From Phyllosticta citribraziliensis (lineage: Eukaryota): a stretch of 64,000 bases of DNA. The stretch is taken from NCBI RefSeq assembly GCF_038025025.1, contig NW_027117343.1:1798001-1862000 (forward strand). Direction: 5' to 3'. Below are positions 13,410-24,075 of this stretch, piece by piece. The notes below the pieces were generated by a model, which ran no database searches, had not been told where the DNA came from, and was given only the letters and a program-made list of their open reading frames with translations. Position 1 is the stretch's first letter, and each line of letters starts with the position of its first letter. The position numbers and the translations under genes were made by a program.

Positions 13410-14816
13410 GGTCGGGTCGAGTGTGTGGTTGGCCAAGAAGGTGATGGGTCCGCGAGCTTTGTCGGCGGTCGGTGGTGTTCATGTCCCGACAGCCCGCCCC
13501 GTCTTATGTCAACACCCGGACCCGCCTGTGCGCCTGCCTGCGCCACGACCCGACGCCACACGTCTTCGACTCCTGCATCTTCAAATCAACCACGCCCGTC
13601 TGACACGCCGTCGGTTGGAGACGACACGTCCTGTCCTCCGACTGTCCGTCGTCGCATCAGCTCGTCCTTCTTTCCAACACCTGCCTTGGCGACATGGCTG
13701 CTCGCACCGAGAGCGTACGGCCCGCGTTGAGCTTGCGAGCTTCTTTTCCATGCCGCTAGGTGTTCAAGAGCTCTGGCCAAGCACACGAGGGCCGTATACG
13801 ACGGGACGCGCTTACGAAGGACGAGGCATCGCGGCAACCACCACCAAGTCAAGTCAAGCGCAGCAAGCGAGCCGACAGCATGTGTCAGCCGGCAGTCTGC
13901 GAAGGAGGATGGACGTGGACGTTATCGCGGTGCAGGTGAAGTGAACCCCTCGGACGGCGATGGCACAGGGAAACGTCCAAACGCAGAGGGAGATGAAAAT
14001 AGAAGCTGCACTGGCTGCACTGCCACTCGAACCAAGGTAAGACAGGGATCCTCATGATGCCACCGCCCACCGCCGGCCGTCACCTCACCTACCTACCGCA
14101 CTCAGCTTTCCACGCTCCCGACTTCACGTCGTCACCTGGCTCGCCTTGATCCCTCGTCGACCGCATTTACCTCGTCTTGTACCCATTCGCCCCGTCGCTC
14201 GAGTCCCGTCGTCTCGACACGCCCGCCTGCTCTTCCGCCGCCCTCGCCGCGCTCCTCGATCCTCTGTCCTGCAGTCCCACGGGTGCTACGCTACCACAAA
14301 TCGGTCCCGCCGGATTCCCAGCACCACCCTCGAAACCCCTACGCGCGCGCCCTGACACGGCCCCTGAACCTGAGCGCGACCTGAGAGAGCGGCTGGGCTT
14401 CGACTCCTTCCCTGCTCCGCTGCCAACGGCCCTTTGCACGCTTCCTCTCCGCTGCTGTGCTGCTTCTGCGGCGCCAGTCTGCCCCGGGAAGTCGGCGTTT
14501 GGCCCAACAGGCATCTTCGCTGTTGCTAGCTGCTCGCACAATCAGGATCCAAGCCCTTTCGACTGATCGGCGCACCCCCGCCAGGGCGTAGAGGCCGCTG
14601 ACGTCCAAGCTGGTGGCCCTGAGCAGCGCCGTTTCTCGCACAAACTCTTGGATGGAACGCGTTGCACCCAGCCCGTCGACTTCTCATGCCTCGCACAGCC
14701 ATGAAGATTTGCACAACCAGCTAGCTTCGACCACGGCCGCTCCAGCGCCAAGCAGCTCCGTGTCGCATGTGCTCTCGCGGCAGCCAGTCTCGCCCCGTCC
14801 TCGCGCCCGCCGGAAG

Positions 14817-17800
14817 ATGCATCGTCTAGTCCATGGCAGTACTGTGCTAACGCTCCTCCTCCTCCTGTCCTTTTACACCCGCGCCGTCAATGCCGCCTTC
14901 ATAGTCTTCGACAATTGTCTGGACCCCTCCATTGTCAACTCGAATCCAAAGCAATTGCAGTTTACCCCCTACTTCTTCAACGCGCGCTTCAACACCTCCG
15001 CCCCGAACCACAACCTGAACATCACCATCTACGGCAATGTCTCGGGCCAGGCAACCCAAGGCACTCTTCCCTCTGCGGACAATACATCGTACTGGAACAA
15101 TCCCAATGACACGTTTGGCAAGATTGTGGACCTGAGCGTGTCCAACAACAAGCTCACCACGCTGTTCGCAAAGTCCCAGGTCCTTTCGTACACACCATTC
15201 GATGAAGCCTCTCGGTTTTGCGAAGCAACGTTCAACACGACGTGCCCTATTGCGCCTGCGTTTTACATGAATCGGAGCAACCCGTATGACCTCCCGGCCT
15301 TCACCGTGGCCCATAACTTCTACAGCACTTATGCGTTTGCGACCTTGGCCACCACCATCCGCATTCAATCTGGAGATGCCGGCGCACCTGACCTGGCTTG
15401 TATCTCGGCAAACATCACACCCGACTTGGGGAGCACAATAGCCAACGCGCTTTGCTTCATCCCGGTCGCCATTCTCGTCTTCGTCGCCGCCGCGACCGTC
15501 TTTGCCGCCATGTACAGTCCTTGGGGTTCCTCGGATCCGTTTCGTTGGACCAGCAACTACGGGAGGGATGAAGATTTGCTGCGACTGGTGACTCCCGGGT
15601 TTGGCGACTGCTTGGCCTACATTCAATTTGTGGTGCTCGCCGGCAGTCTGAACCTGGCATATCCCGGATTTTACCAACCCGTGGTGAGCCAGGCAAGTTG
15701 GTCCAGCCTGCTCTTCAACGAGAGCCTCGTCAGTGATGGCAACGGAAGTTACCGCAACCTCGTGGATGGGCTCTATGCCATCAATGGGACGTACGGTCTG
15801 TCTCGTCTCGGGGAGCTGGTCGGAATGCGCGAGGACCAAGACATTTGGGCCACCATGGCTGTTTGGTACCTTGGCCTTACCGTCGCGGCTGTGCTTCTCT
15901 GCCAGGGGTGGTTCATGCTGCGATGGTTGAAGCGTTTCCTTACCAACACTCAAGAGGAGGACCTGCGGAGCAAGAATGCGCCATTTTCAACGGGAATAAT
16001 TGTGCGTATGACATTTAACTATTTTCTCCTTCCGATTGTGGCCCTGTCCTTTTTTCAGCTGGTCGTGGCAACCGATTCCCCGGCGTCTGTCGTTGCCATG
16101 GCCGTGGTTCTCTTGTTCGCCGTCATCGGCTTTGCGGCTTGGATATTCCGCCTCATCTTCACGACCAAACCGCGCGCGTACCTCTTTGATGACCTGCCAA
16201 CGGTCCTCATGTACGGACCGCTGTACAATACATATTCTGACGACGCGGCCCCGTTTGCCTTTATACCCGTCTTGCTATCTTTCGTTCGTGGGGTGGCCAT
16301 TGGCGCGATCCAACCCTCCGGCATTGCTCAGCTCATCATTTTGGCCATTTGCGAAGTCATCTACATTTTGACGCTGCACGCGTTCCGTCCTTTCCAAGCG
16401 CCGACGTCCATGAACGCGTACCACACATTTTTCTGCATTATTCGTTTGGTGACCACGCTGTTGATGGTCGCCTTTGTTCCTAACTTGGGAGTTTCGGAAT
16501 CGTCAAAAGGCTGGTTGGGTTACGTCATTTTGATTTTACATGCCATCGTCCTGATATTTGGATTCCTCCTCAACGCTGTCCAAACCATCATCGAAGTTGG
16601 AGCAAGGCTAGCAGGAGCGGGAGATGCAAGAGGAGGGCTCACAAAGGTGTTTGGAAAGCGGCAGTTGTCAAGACGCCACCGAAAGCAGCGCAGCAGTCTC
16701 AACTCGACCGCTGCCATGCTCGCGGGGGAAGAGGGCAAATCCGTGCACCTCGTTGGAAGTCGAGCGAGTCGATCCCGAAGCTTGTCGGCAAGCTCAACGA
16801 TCCTACTTGGTCGCGCTGGTACCGATGGCCGGATCAGCGGGTTCTTTGATCGGTTCAGCCAAGGGGGCGATGTAAGCCTTGGAAAGGCAAGTCCGGAACT
16901 CGGGGCCTCTGGTGGCATGGCCACTCCACATTCGTTTCTCCCTAGCGGCAGCGCATCGACGGCCGCTGGATCTCGACGCATAACCTTTACAGGCGCACCT
17001 GTCGTCATAGGCTCGTCCGATCCTTACTATCGCCCTCCTAGGCCGCGAAAGGAGCAAAATCCAGCAGCTTATACTCCTGGAGCTCGCAGTCGAGCGTCAT
17101 GGGGAAGCGGGGACTGGTCCAACAGATTTCCCGAAGGTGTGGAGAGTGCCGATGCAGGAGAAGGTCCGTCATTGGCCCAGACTGGAGGCAGTCTCACTCC
17201 TGCATATCTTCGGACTCTAAGGGACGACTCTGATCCAAACGTCAACGAGACGCGGAGACCAAGAACAGATTATGCTGTAAGAGAATCAGACTTTTACTAC
17301 GGTGTGACCCGAGGACCACCTCTAGCAGAGGGCGTTCCCACCCGAAAGCTCAAGACTGGACCTGCCGATCCCATGGGACCTGTAGCTTCGGCAGGAAGTT
17401 GGTTGAAAGGTCTGTTTGGGGGCAACAGAAAAGACAAGGGCAAGGGCTTCGAGGTGGTGCGGAGCACACGAGCCCCTCACATGATGGCTCTGGAGGAAGA
17501 CGATGAACATTTGGGTGCCGTCGGACCCGAGCCCTATCGCGACAATCCCGACACGACGGCTGGCGCGAACCGGAGCTCGACCTCTTCCAGCGATTCCGCA
17601 ACCACAAACTCTTCTCGGAACCAAGAAGGCAGAGGTCGGGATAGCGCGGAGCGTGAAAACTTGATTGGAGACGACAGCGACTCGTTTGACCTGGACGAAG
17701 CGCGGGCGTCGGGCATAGCACCCTCGCTGGGACCAATCGAGACGGCAGGAGGCATCGAATTGCCAACAAGAATGGCATCAAACGCCAGCTCAAGACTGTC

Positions 17801-18206
17801 ATCAGGCACGTCACTGCACACTGCGCCCGAGATCCCACGCAAGAGCTCCAAACGGCACTCGTCGTACGGCGACAACCAGCTATCAGACTTTGCGCCAGAC
17901 GAGCCGACGACGACCGACTACCTGCGGCCGTCGACGGCCGAGCGCGTGCCCAGCCTGCCGTTCGGGTCGTCGGAGCCGTCGCCGTCGCCCGAGCGGTCGG
18001 CAGCGTCGAGCATCGGCGGCGGCGAGAGCAGCACGACCAACGCGGCGCGCCAGGGGGCGTCGAGCCGCGGCAGCGAGCGCCCGCTCAGCACGGGCTACGT
18101 GCACCAGCACAAGGCGTCGGACAGCATCCAGCCGGGCATGTACAATGCGGGGACGCATCTTGAGAGCGCGGCCGAGTTTGTGCACGACTCGAGCTCGCGC
18201 CGTTGA
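14817..18206 (+). CDS. Fungal TRP-like/FLC-family integral membrane protein (ML-like TRP_N domain, multi-TM domain, long disordered tail)
   Basis: Signal peptide from MHRLVHG; Cys-containing N-domain ending ACISANITPDLG; TPGFGDCLAYIQF..LNLAYPGFYQP motif; several hydrophobic helices; YGPLYNTY. Confidence 0.85.
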   Translation: MHRLVHGSTVLTLLLLLSFYTRAVNAAFIVFDNCLDPSIVNSNPKQLQFTPYFFNARFNTSAPNHNLNITIYGNVSGQATQGTLPSADNTSYWNNPNDTFGKIVDLSVSNNKLTTLFAKSQVLSYTPFDEASRFCEATFNTTCPIAPAFYMNRSNPYDLPAFTVAHNFYSTYAFATLATTIRIQSGDAGAPDLACISANITPDLGSTIANALCFIPVAILVFVAAATVFAAMYSPWGSSDPFRWTSNYGRDEDLLRLVTPGFGDCLAYIQFVVLAGSLNLAYPGFYQPVVSQASWSSLLFNESLVSDGNGSYRNLVDGLYAINGTYGLSRLGELVGMREDQDIWATMAVWYLGLTVAAVLLCQGWFMLRWLKRFLTNTQEEDLRSKNAPFSTGIIVRMTFNYFLLPIVALSFFQLVVATDSPASVVAMAVVLLFAVIGFAAWIFRLIFTTKPRAYLFDDLPTVLMYGPLYNTYSDDAAPFAFIPVLLSFVRGVAIGAIQPSGIAQLIILAICEVIYILTLHAFRPFQAPTSMNAYHTFFCIIRLVTTLLMVAFVPNLGVSESSKGWLGYVILILHAIVLIFGFLLNAVQTIIEVGARLAGAGDARGGLTKVFGKRQLSRRHRKQRSSLNSTAAMLAGEEGKSVHLVGSRASRSRSLSASSTILLGRAGTDGRISGFFDRFSQGGDVSLGKASPELGASGGMATPHSFLPSGSASTAAGSRRITFTGAPVVIGSSDPYYRPPRPRKEQNPAAYTPGARSRASWGSGDWSNRFPEGVESADAGEGPSLAQTGGSLTPAYLRTLRDDSDPNVNETRRPRTDYAVRESDFYYGVTRGPPLAEGVPTRKLKTGPADPMGPVASAGSWLKGLFGGNRKDKGKGFEVVRSTRAPHMMALEEDDEHLGAVGPEPYRDNPDTTAGANRSSTSSSDSATTNSSRNQEGRGRDSAERENLIGDDSDSFDLDEARASGIAPSLGPIETAGGIELPTRMASNASSRLSSGTSLHTAPEIPRKSSKRHSSYGDNQLSDFAPDEPTTTDYLRPSTAERVPSLPFGSSEPSPSPERSAASSIGGGESSTTNAARQGASSRGSERPLSTGYVHQHKASDSIQPGMYNAGTHLESAAEFVHDSSSRR

Positions 18207-18587
18207 TTGCTGTCGAGCGGCGGCGGGGAGTTGGTGTGTCTTGAGTGGTTCTTTTCCTTTTCCTTCTCTGTAATTTCGTTAAGAACGGTAGACTTGTGGA
18301 ATCAATCGGCAATTTTTCTTCCTGGTTGTTCTGTCAGGGGTAGGGTAAGGGGTTACTGTTTGGAAAAGGAGTGACACGACTCTAGCGTTGGCGTAATAGC
18401 GTACGTACAGTGAGTACATAGTTAGTTGGGTTGTGGAGTATGGTCAGAGGAGGAGGCGATGGAGCAAGCAAAGCGGAATGGGGAGACCAAAATTATTCTT
18501 TCTCTCATCATCACTTCATGCCATGTGCGTTTATTTTATTTTGTCCACCACCACCGCCGCGACCACAACACCCATCTATCATCTCGC

Positions 18588-19853
18588 CTATTTTCCTGGT
18601 ATCTCAACGACGACCTTCCCCCGACACCTCCCACTATCCAGTCTCTCAAAAGCGCTCCTCGCATCCTCAAACGCGTACACAGAATCAAGCACAATCTTCT
18701 CCTTCGCGCCGCCCTCAGCCGCCTCAACAACGCCCACGCACTCATCCAGCCAGTCCCCCCGCGTCTCCAAATTCACGCACGCGTACGCCTCATCGCCCAA
18801 GCCGACCCAGCGCCGCGCAAACGCCGGGATCCACGCATTCAGCGTTTGTGGGAGGTAGGAAGCGTTGCTGCTGGCGAGCGCGCGCAGCGCCATGCGCGGG
18901 TTCCACGCGTACGTCGCAGCGCCGCCCACGGCGCTGCGCGACGTCTTGTCGCCGACGATGGTGATGTAGCGGCGCACGCCGGGGAGGGCGAGCAGGGCGG
19001 TGCCGCCGACGCAGTCGACGATTGCGGCGGGGCGGCGGGCGGCGACGGCGGCGCGCAGCGCGGCGGGCGAGGAGAAGGACGTGTAGTCCAGCGTCTCGGC
19101 GGCGCCCATGCTGCGCACGAGGGCGGCCTTGGAGGGCGAGCAGGTGGCGACGACGCGCCAGCCGCGCGCGGCGGAGAGGAGCGTCGTGTAGAGGCCGGTG
19201 GCGGAGGCGCCGCCGAGGACGACGAGCGTGGTGTTTTTCTTGCTCCTCTTGACATGTCCATCCCCATTCCCGTCCCCTTCTCCGCCTTCGTCAACATGGC
19301 CCACGCACCGCTCCACACACGTCCGCGCCGTCAGCGCCACCAGCGGCAGACTGGCCGCCTGCACATCGCTCCAGCCTTCGGGCACGCGGCGCACGACGTC
19401 GCTCGCCGCGTCCAGCAGCAGCGCCTCGCTAAGGGCGCCGCGCTGCGCGCCGGGGGCGAACACGAGACCGAACACGCGGTCGCCAACGCTGAAGCCCGAG
19501 CCCGCATGCGCAGCGACGACCTCGCCGGCGAAGTCGGCGCCGACGCCCTTGACGCGGGACGCAAGGGGGTTGAGCGACCAGAGGGCGCTGGTGGGCCAGG
19601 TGGTGAGGAGGGAGGACAGGGGGAAGGGGAGGAGCGAGGGCGTGAAGAGCGGGAAGTTCATCAGTTGGATGTCGACGGGGTTGAGGGCGGCGGCCGTGGT
19701 GCGGATGAGGAGGTGGGTTCCCTTTTCGCCTGGGGGCGGCGGCGGCAGGTGGGGCGCTGGGAGGGTGGTGAGGGTGAGGCACTCGGGGTAGGGGCCGGTG
19801 GTGTGGGTCCAGGCGTGGATCTGGGGGGTGGTGGTTGGTGTTGTGGTGGCCAT
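18588..19853 (-). CDS. MDR-superfamily NAD(P)H oxidoreductase (enoyl reductase/quinone reductase, Yim1-like)
   Basis: AAALNPVD, GADFAGEVV, GDRVFG, AASLPLVALTA, Rossmann VVLGGASATG, C-terminal AFERLDSGRCRGKVVV. Confidence 0.88.
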   Translation of the reverse strand: MATTTPTTTPQIHAWTHTTGPYPECLTLTTLPAPHLPPPPPGEKGTHLLIRTTAAALNPVDIQLMNFPLFTPSLLPFPLSSLLTTWPTSALWSLNPLASRVKGVGADFAGEVVAAHAGSGFSVGDRVFGLVFAPGAQRGALSEALLLDAASDVVRRVPEGWSDVQAASLPLVALTARTCVERCVGHVDEGGEGDGNGDGHVKRSKKNTTLVVLGGASATGLYTTLLSAARGWRVVATCSPSKAALVRSMGAAETLDYTSFSSPAALRAAVAARRPAAIVDCVGGTALLALPGVRRYITIVGDKTSRSAVGGAATYAWNPRMALRALASSNASYLPQTLNAWIPAFARRWVGLGDEAYACVNLETRGDWLDECVGVVEAAEGGAKEKIVLDSVYAFEDARSAFERLDSGRCRGKVVVEIPGK

Positions 19854-20327
19854 GGTGGGTGGTTGAGTTGTTGTGGTGTTGTTTGTCGTTGTGGTATTGT
19901 AGCTTCAAAGGGACCTGAGCGCCAGAAAGAGCACAAATCTACGACAAGTCAGTCAGCCATTTGCGTTCTCCATACATATGCAGATTCAGTGCATACGAAC
20001 CAAATCACCAACCTCAAATCAAACCACACAAAAAACAAACCACACAAACAACAGATGCCAGATGAAGAAGAAGACAGAAAGCAACCGTACCGAAGTACCT
20101 ACATGTACTTTTCCTTGCCCAAGAAACACGAGCCTTACCAATCAACATCTCCACATCTCCGCTCCTCCGTTTCCTCCGTTCCTCCGTGAGACCTGCACTG
20201 CAACACCTATCTCCGGCTGGCTGGCTGCAGTTGATTTGAAATGTCGTCTGGCCCCAACGGTGCGTGTAAGACGCGGTACCGCGATTTCCGCCCCGTGGCG
20301 TCATAGCGGAAAGGTAATCCGCATCCC

Positions 20328-20371
20328 GCCGCGCCGCGCCGCCGCGCCGCGCCGCCGCGCCGCGCCGCCCG
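20328..20371. repeat. GC-only (CCGCG/CCG)n tandem repeat upstream of the MDR gene
   Basis: gccgcgccgcgccgccgcgccgcgccgccgcgccgcgccgccc is visible. Confidence 0.8.
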
Positions 20372-20630
20372 CTGCGTCGCCGAGAGAGACCTCCACAGTT
20401 CTTGTGTTCTCCGCTGAGTGGCGCAGCATGATGGTACCTTAGGTAATGTACATATAAGGGTATACACAGGCGACCTGGACATGGATGGGGGCCAGCCATC
20501 AGATGATCTACATCTCCTCCACACTCCCGTCCCCTCGCCCGCCCTTCTTCAACATGACTATATACACATGGGTGAACATGCATCGATCCATCCATCCGGC
20601 GTCCCATCCACTTCATTCCCCATTCCCCAT

Positions 20631-21172
20631 TCACACCACCCGCCGCAGCCCCCGTCCCCCGCGCAGTACGAACAACACGGCGACGACGCCGCCGACCAGC
20701 GCGGCGAACAGCAGCCAGAACAGCCAGCAGATGAGCGTGCGCCGCGCCTTTTTGGCGTGTTGGCGTGCTAGCCAGGAGGGTTCTGGTCGTGCTGGTGGGC
20801 TGCGCCGTGGTGTTAGCGGTTGATGTGAGGGGGAAGGGTGAGGGCGGGGTGGAAGGGGGGAGCTTACGGTTTTCTCTTTTCCTCTGTCTTTGCCTTCACT
20901 TTTTCTTTTTCTTTTTCTTTTTCTTTTTCAGGCGTCTCGCTGCCGCTATTGCTGTTGGTACTGCTGGCTGCCTCAGATCCTGGTTCTTCAGGCTTTCCTT
21001 CCGCCTTCTCATCCTTGTCCGCGCTCTTATCTGCCTTCACTTTTATCTTCGTCTTCGTCTTTCCTTTCGTTTGAGCGTCTGCCACCGCCGCCGCTGCCGC
21101 TGCTTGTTCGACCTCGCTCGCGTGCACGGCGGCGCTGAAGCGCTTCCAGAAGTAGGGGTCGCGGACGGCCAT
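20631..21172 (-). CDS. Small tail-anchored hypothetical protein, 2 exons (21172-20868, 20799-20631)
   Basis: MAVRDPYFWKRFSAAVH N-terminus. A GTAAG..CTAAC..CAG intron joins in frame to SWLARQHAKKARRTLICWLFWLLFAALVGGVVAVLFVL (single C-terminal TM helix). Confidence 0.75.
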
Positions 21173-22491
21173 TTTTTTTTTTTTTTTTTTGCTCGCTTGT
21201 CGGCTTGCTTGCTCCAAGAAAGAAGGGAATAGGAAAAAAGGCAAGCGAGGGAGAAAGTAAGGAGGCCGGCCCCCTGCCCGCGGCTGTTGTTGTCGTTCTT
21301 GGTAAATTGAGTCGAGTCGGCTCGGGTGGAGTGGTCAGAGTAATCGGGTATAATTCTTGGCGTGAGATACAGTGGGTAGGTAGGTGGTCAGCCTAAAGCG
21401 GTAGGTACGGACTGGAACTGGATGACGGGATCCGCGCCGGGATGTGATGCGATGCGATGCAATCCGATGCGGCGCTACGGCGTCCTGTCCTGTCTCTGTC
21501 TAGTGAGGCACTTTACGGTCGTCTGGTCCGAGTCCGTTCGGTTCGGTTGGCTTTCCTGTATATCTCTGACGCCGCTGGACGGTGCTGTGGGGCCGGGGAA
21601 TATTGGATGCTGGTGGACTTTATGCGAGTGCGGTGCTGATATTTTGGAGAGAGGGAGTGAGGAGGGGCTGAAGAGAGACGGGAGCAGAAGAGGAATTCTT
21701 CAACGTATGAAGTGCGGTGGTGAGTGGGCTTCCGGATGCGCCTTGGCGGATGCGGTGATGGTTGGTTTCTCGTTGACGGTGGTGGACAGACGGACGAACG
21801 AACGAACGTGGAGAATGAACGTGGTGGTGGGCGCGTGGATTGGATTGCAGCGAGCGAATGCGGGACGAGACGCGAGCGAGTGACGTTGGAAGCGGAAGGA
21901 AGGTGGGTGCAGGCACGTATGTAGGTATGGAGGACTACCGGGAGGGCGACTTCATGGTGGTGGAATTCGACGTCCTCGCGGCGGGGGGCAAGGAACGGGT
22001 GATGGGCGTAGTGGAATGGACCAGCACAGACAGGACAGGAGAGGAGAGAGAGAATTGAAGCAATGCAAATGAAAAACAGTCGGAAAAGAGGAGCGCTTGA
22101 AAAGTTCGTGTGCAGCATGCAATTGGCATAATACATACTCACACAACATGTAATATCGGTCGTGGCACAGGACCGGAAGTGGACCACCGGTACATACGGG
22201 ACAAGGATGGTCCATGATAGCAGGCTGATCAGTGAGTGGACGAGAGGGTTTCGTAAACGGCCAAATGCAGCGCGTCTCCGTCAGGGGCATTGTTGCATGG
22301 ACGAGCTACTCCAACGGTTGAGCACGATGGGATGGGCTCTGGCATGACGGAGGGTTGGTGTGCGCTGAATAGGCGGAAGAGCGAAAAGGCGTGGGCCTGG
22401 CGTCGGATGCGTTGCTCGATTCAGCTGGTCACCGCCCACCAGTGCTACTAAAACGAGACGTGGACGACGTCCAACTCTTTGCATCAACACC

Positions 22492-23373
22492 ATGGCCTCG
22501 ACCGCGACTGCGCTGCCCTGGTGGCAGGTCAACGTGCCCGAGCAGCTGCGCACCGCCGAGTGCCCCGACTTTCTCCAGGACTGCAACGAAAAGGACCGCC
22601 GCATCATCGGCACGCCCAACTCCGAGTACCAGCCCTATACGTGGGAGCAGGTCAAGGACATTGTCGGTATGTAGGTAGGGCGCCCCAGCCGTGCGCATCA
22701 TCAGGCCTGCCCAACCTCACGTTTGTTTGCCGCCGTCGCTGAGAAGTCCACGGCAGCATCCAACCGTCTCGGCGACTTGGTGCGCAAGCCCAGCGAGCTG
22801 CGCCGATACAGGCATTACACGCACGAGCTGGTCAGAAACCACGGGTCCATTGTCAACTTTGTGCAAAAGGAGCGGCTGAAATGGGACGATCTGACGCCTC
22901 GAGGGCCGCCGTTTAGCAATCCAGGTTTGCCGCTGTTGTCGGTCGCGTTGATTGTTTGGTGGTGCTGACGAGGTGCAGCCGACATCAAGATCCTGCACAA
23001 CGACTGGCCGTACGGCGTCGACGAGAGAATAGTGCATCTGGTCGTGTGGACAAAGTTTGAACTCGAGGAGGACGCAGCGACGGGCGACCTGACGGGGCGG
23101 GCGCGGCAGGCCATTGACGACTACGTGACGCAGACGTTTCGCGGGCAGGTTGACAGCGACAGGGTAGGGCGATTCTGACGTACATGTCGTTTGTGATTGA
23201 TGGTGGCACTGCTGAACAAGGCGCAGGTTATCTGGTTCAAGAACTGGAGGTCGCTCAAGAGCGTGCATGCCGTCGAGCACTTTCACGTCATGCTGCATGG
23301 GCCGGACTTGGCCTTTGTCGACGCCATTACTGGTGGCGACGTGCCTCTGTCGAAAAAGGCGCCCGAGATTTAG
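22492..23373 (+). CDS. DUF3605 / GlcNAc-induced protein Gig1-like, 4 exons
   Basis: [19 protein letters not shown] and [19 protein letters not shown] motifs characteristic of DUF3605; exons separated by short GT-AG introns. Confidence 0.82.
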
Positions 23374-23732
23374 TGAGGGAGAGGCGGAGCAAGGCAGAAA
23401 CAAAACAGAGCGAGCGGATAGATGGGCGCATGGTTGTCGGGTGGTTGCATGCCCGTCGACCGATTGCGGCAGGTTTCTGGATTATCCGCGTCGCACAGGG
23501 GCGCCGGGTCTGGGTCTGGGTCAGGTCAGGTCATCTGCCGAGTGTATGTAGATTGTACAGTAGATACATAGATGGTGTTGAGGCAGAGTCGAAGGGAGTG
23601 GCTCGGTTGCCGACGACGACTACAAGTCACCGACGTGGCTGAGTGCTGCAAGACGACAACAAGGGTACAGCGACAATACATAGCAGAGCCAACAAAGACG
23701 GATGAAGCGTGCAGCAGAGGCGGTGTGGTCCC

Positions 23733-23743
23733 CAGCCAATCAG
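23733..23743 (+). promoter_or_regulatory. Candidate CCAAT box (HapB/C/E site) upstream of HMG-CoA reductase
   Basis: CAGCCAATCAG ~340 bp upstream of the ATG matches the RCCAATCA consensus; function is inferred. Confidence 0.35.
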
Positions 23744-24075
23744 CATCCCCAATGGGCCGACGGAGGTTGCGACGCAGCGATAAATTTATGAGCCCACGGC
23801 GGCGCGCGCCCCTAGCTTCAGTTCTCTTCTGCGTGCTGTGCTCCTCGAACGCCTCCACCCACTCCACCCACTGCCAAACCGGAAATCCCAAATCCCACAA
23901 AGGACCCACGGCCACGACCCTCGTCCCTCCCGATGCCACAAGACGACCCGAGTGCCCCATCTCGTCGCCCTCTCCATCCACTCGTCCCCGTCCTATCCAC
24001 ACCGCAAAACTTCGCCCGTTGCCGCGAGTCCTAGGTCCAGCGCGAAGCCTCTACACCCTCCACCTCCACACCACC

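Noticed and set aside
14613..14816. N-terminal extension of the TRP/FLC ORF
   Set aside because: The ORF track starts at a non-ATG codon; ATG 14817 directly precedes the signal peptide.
18426..20189. 587-aa plus-strand ORF
   Set aside because: Shadow of the MDR oxidoreductase on the opposite strand.
23572..24075. Upstream in-frame extension of HMG-CoA reductase
   Set aside because: Promoter/5'-UTR-like CT-rich sequence; ATG 24076 has good context and precedes the HPIH motif.
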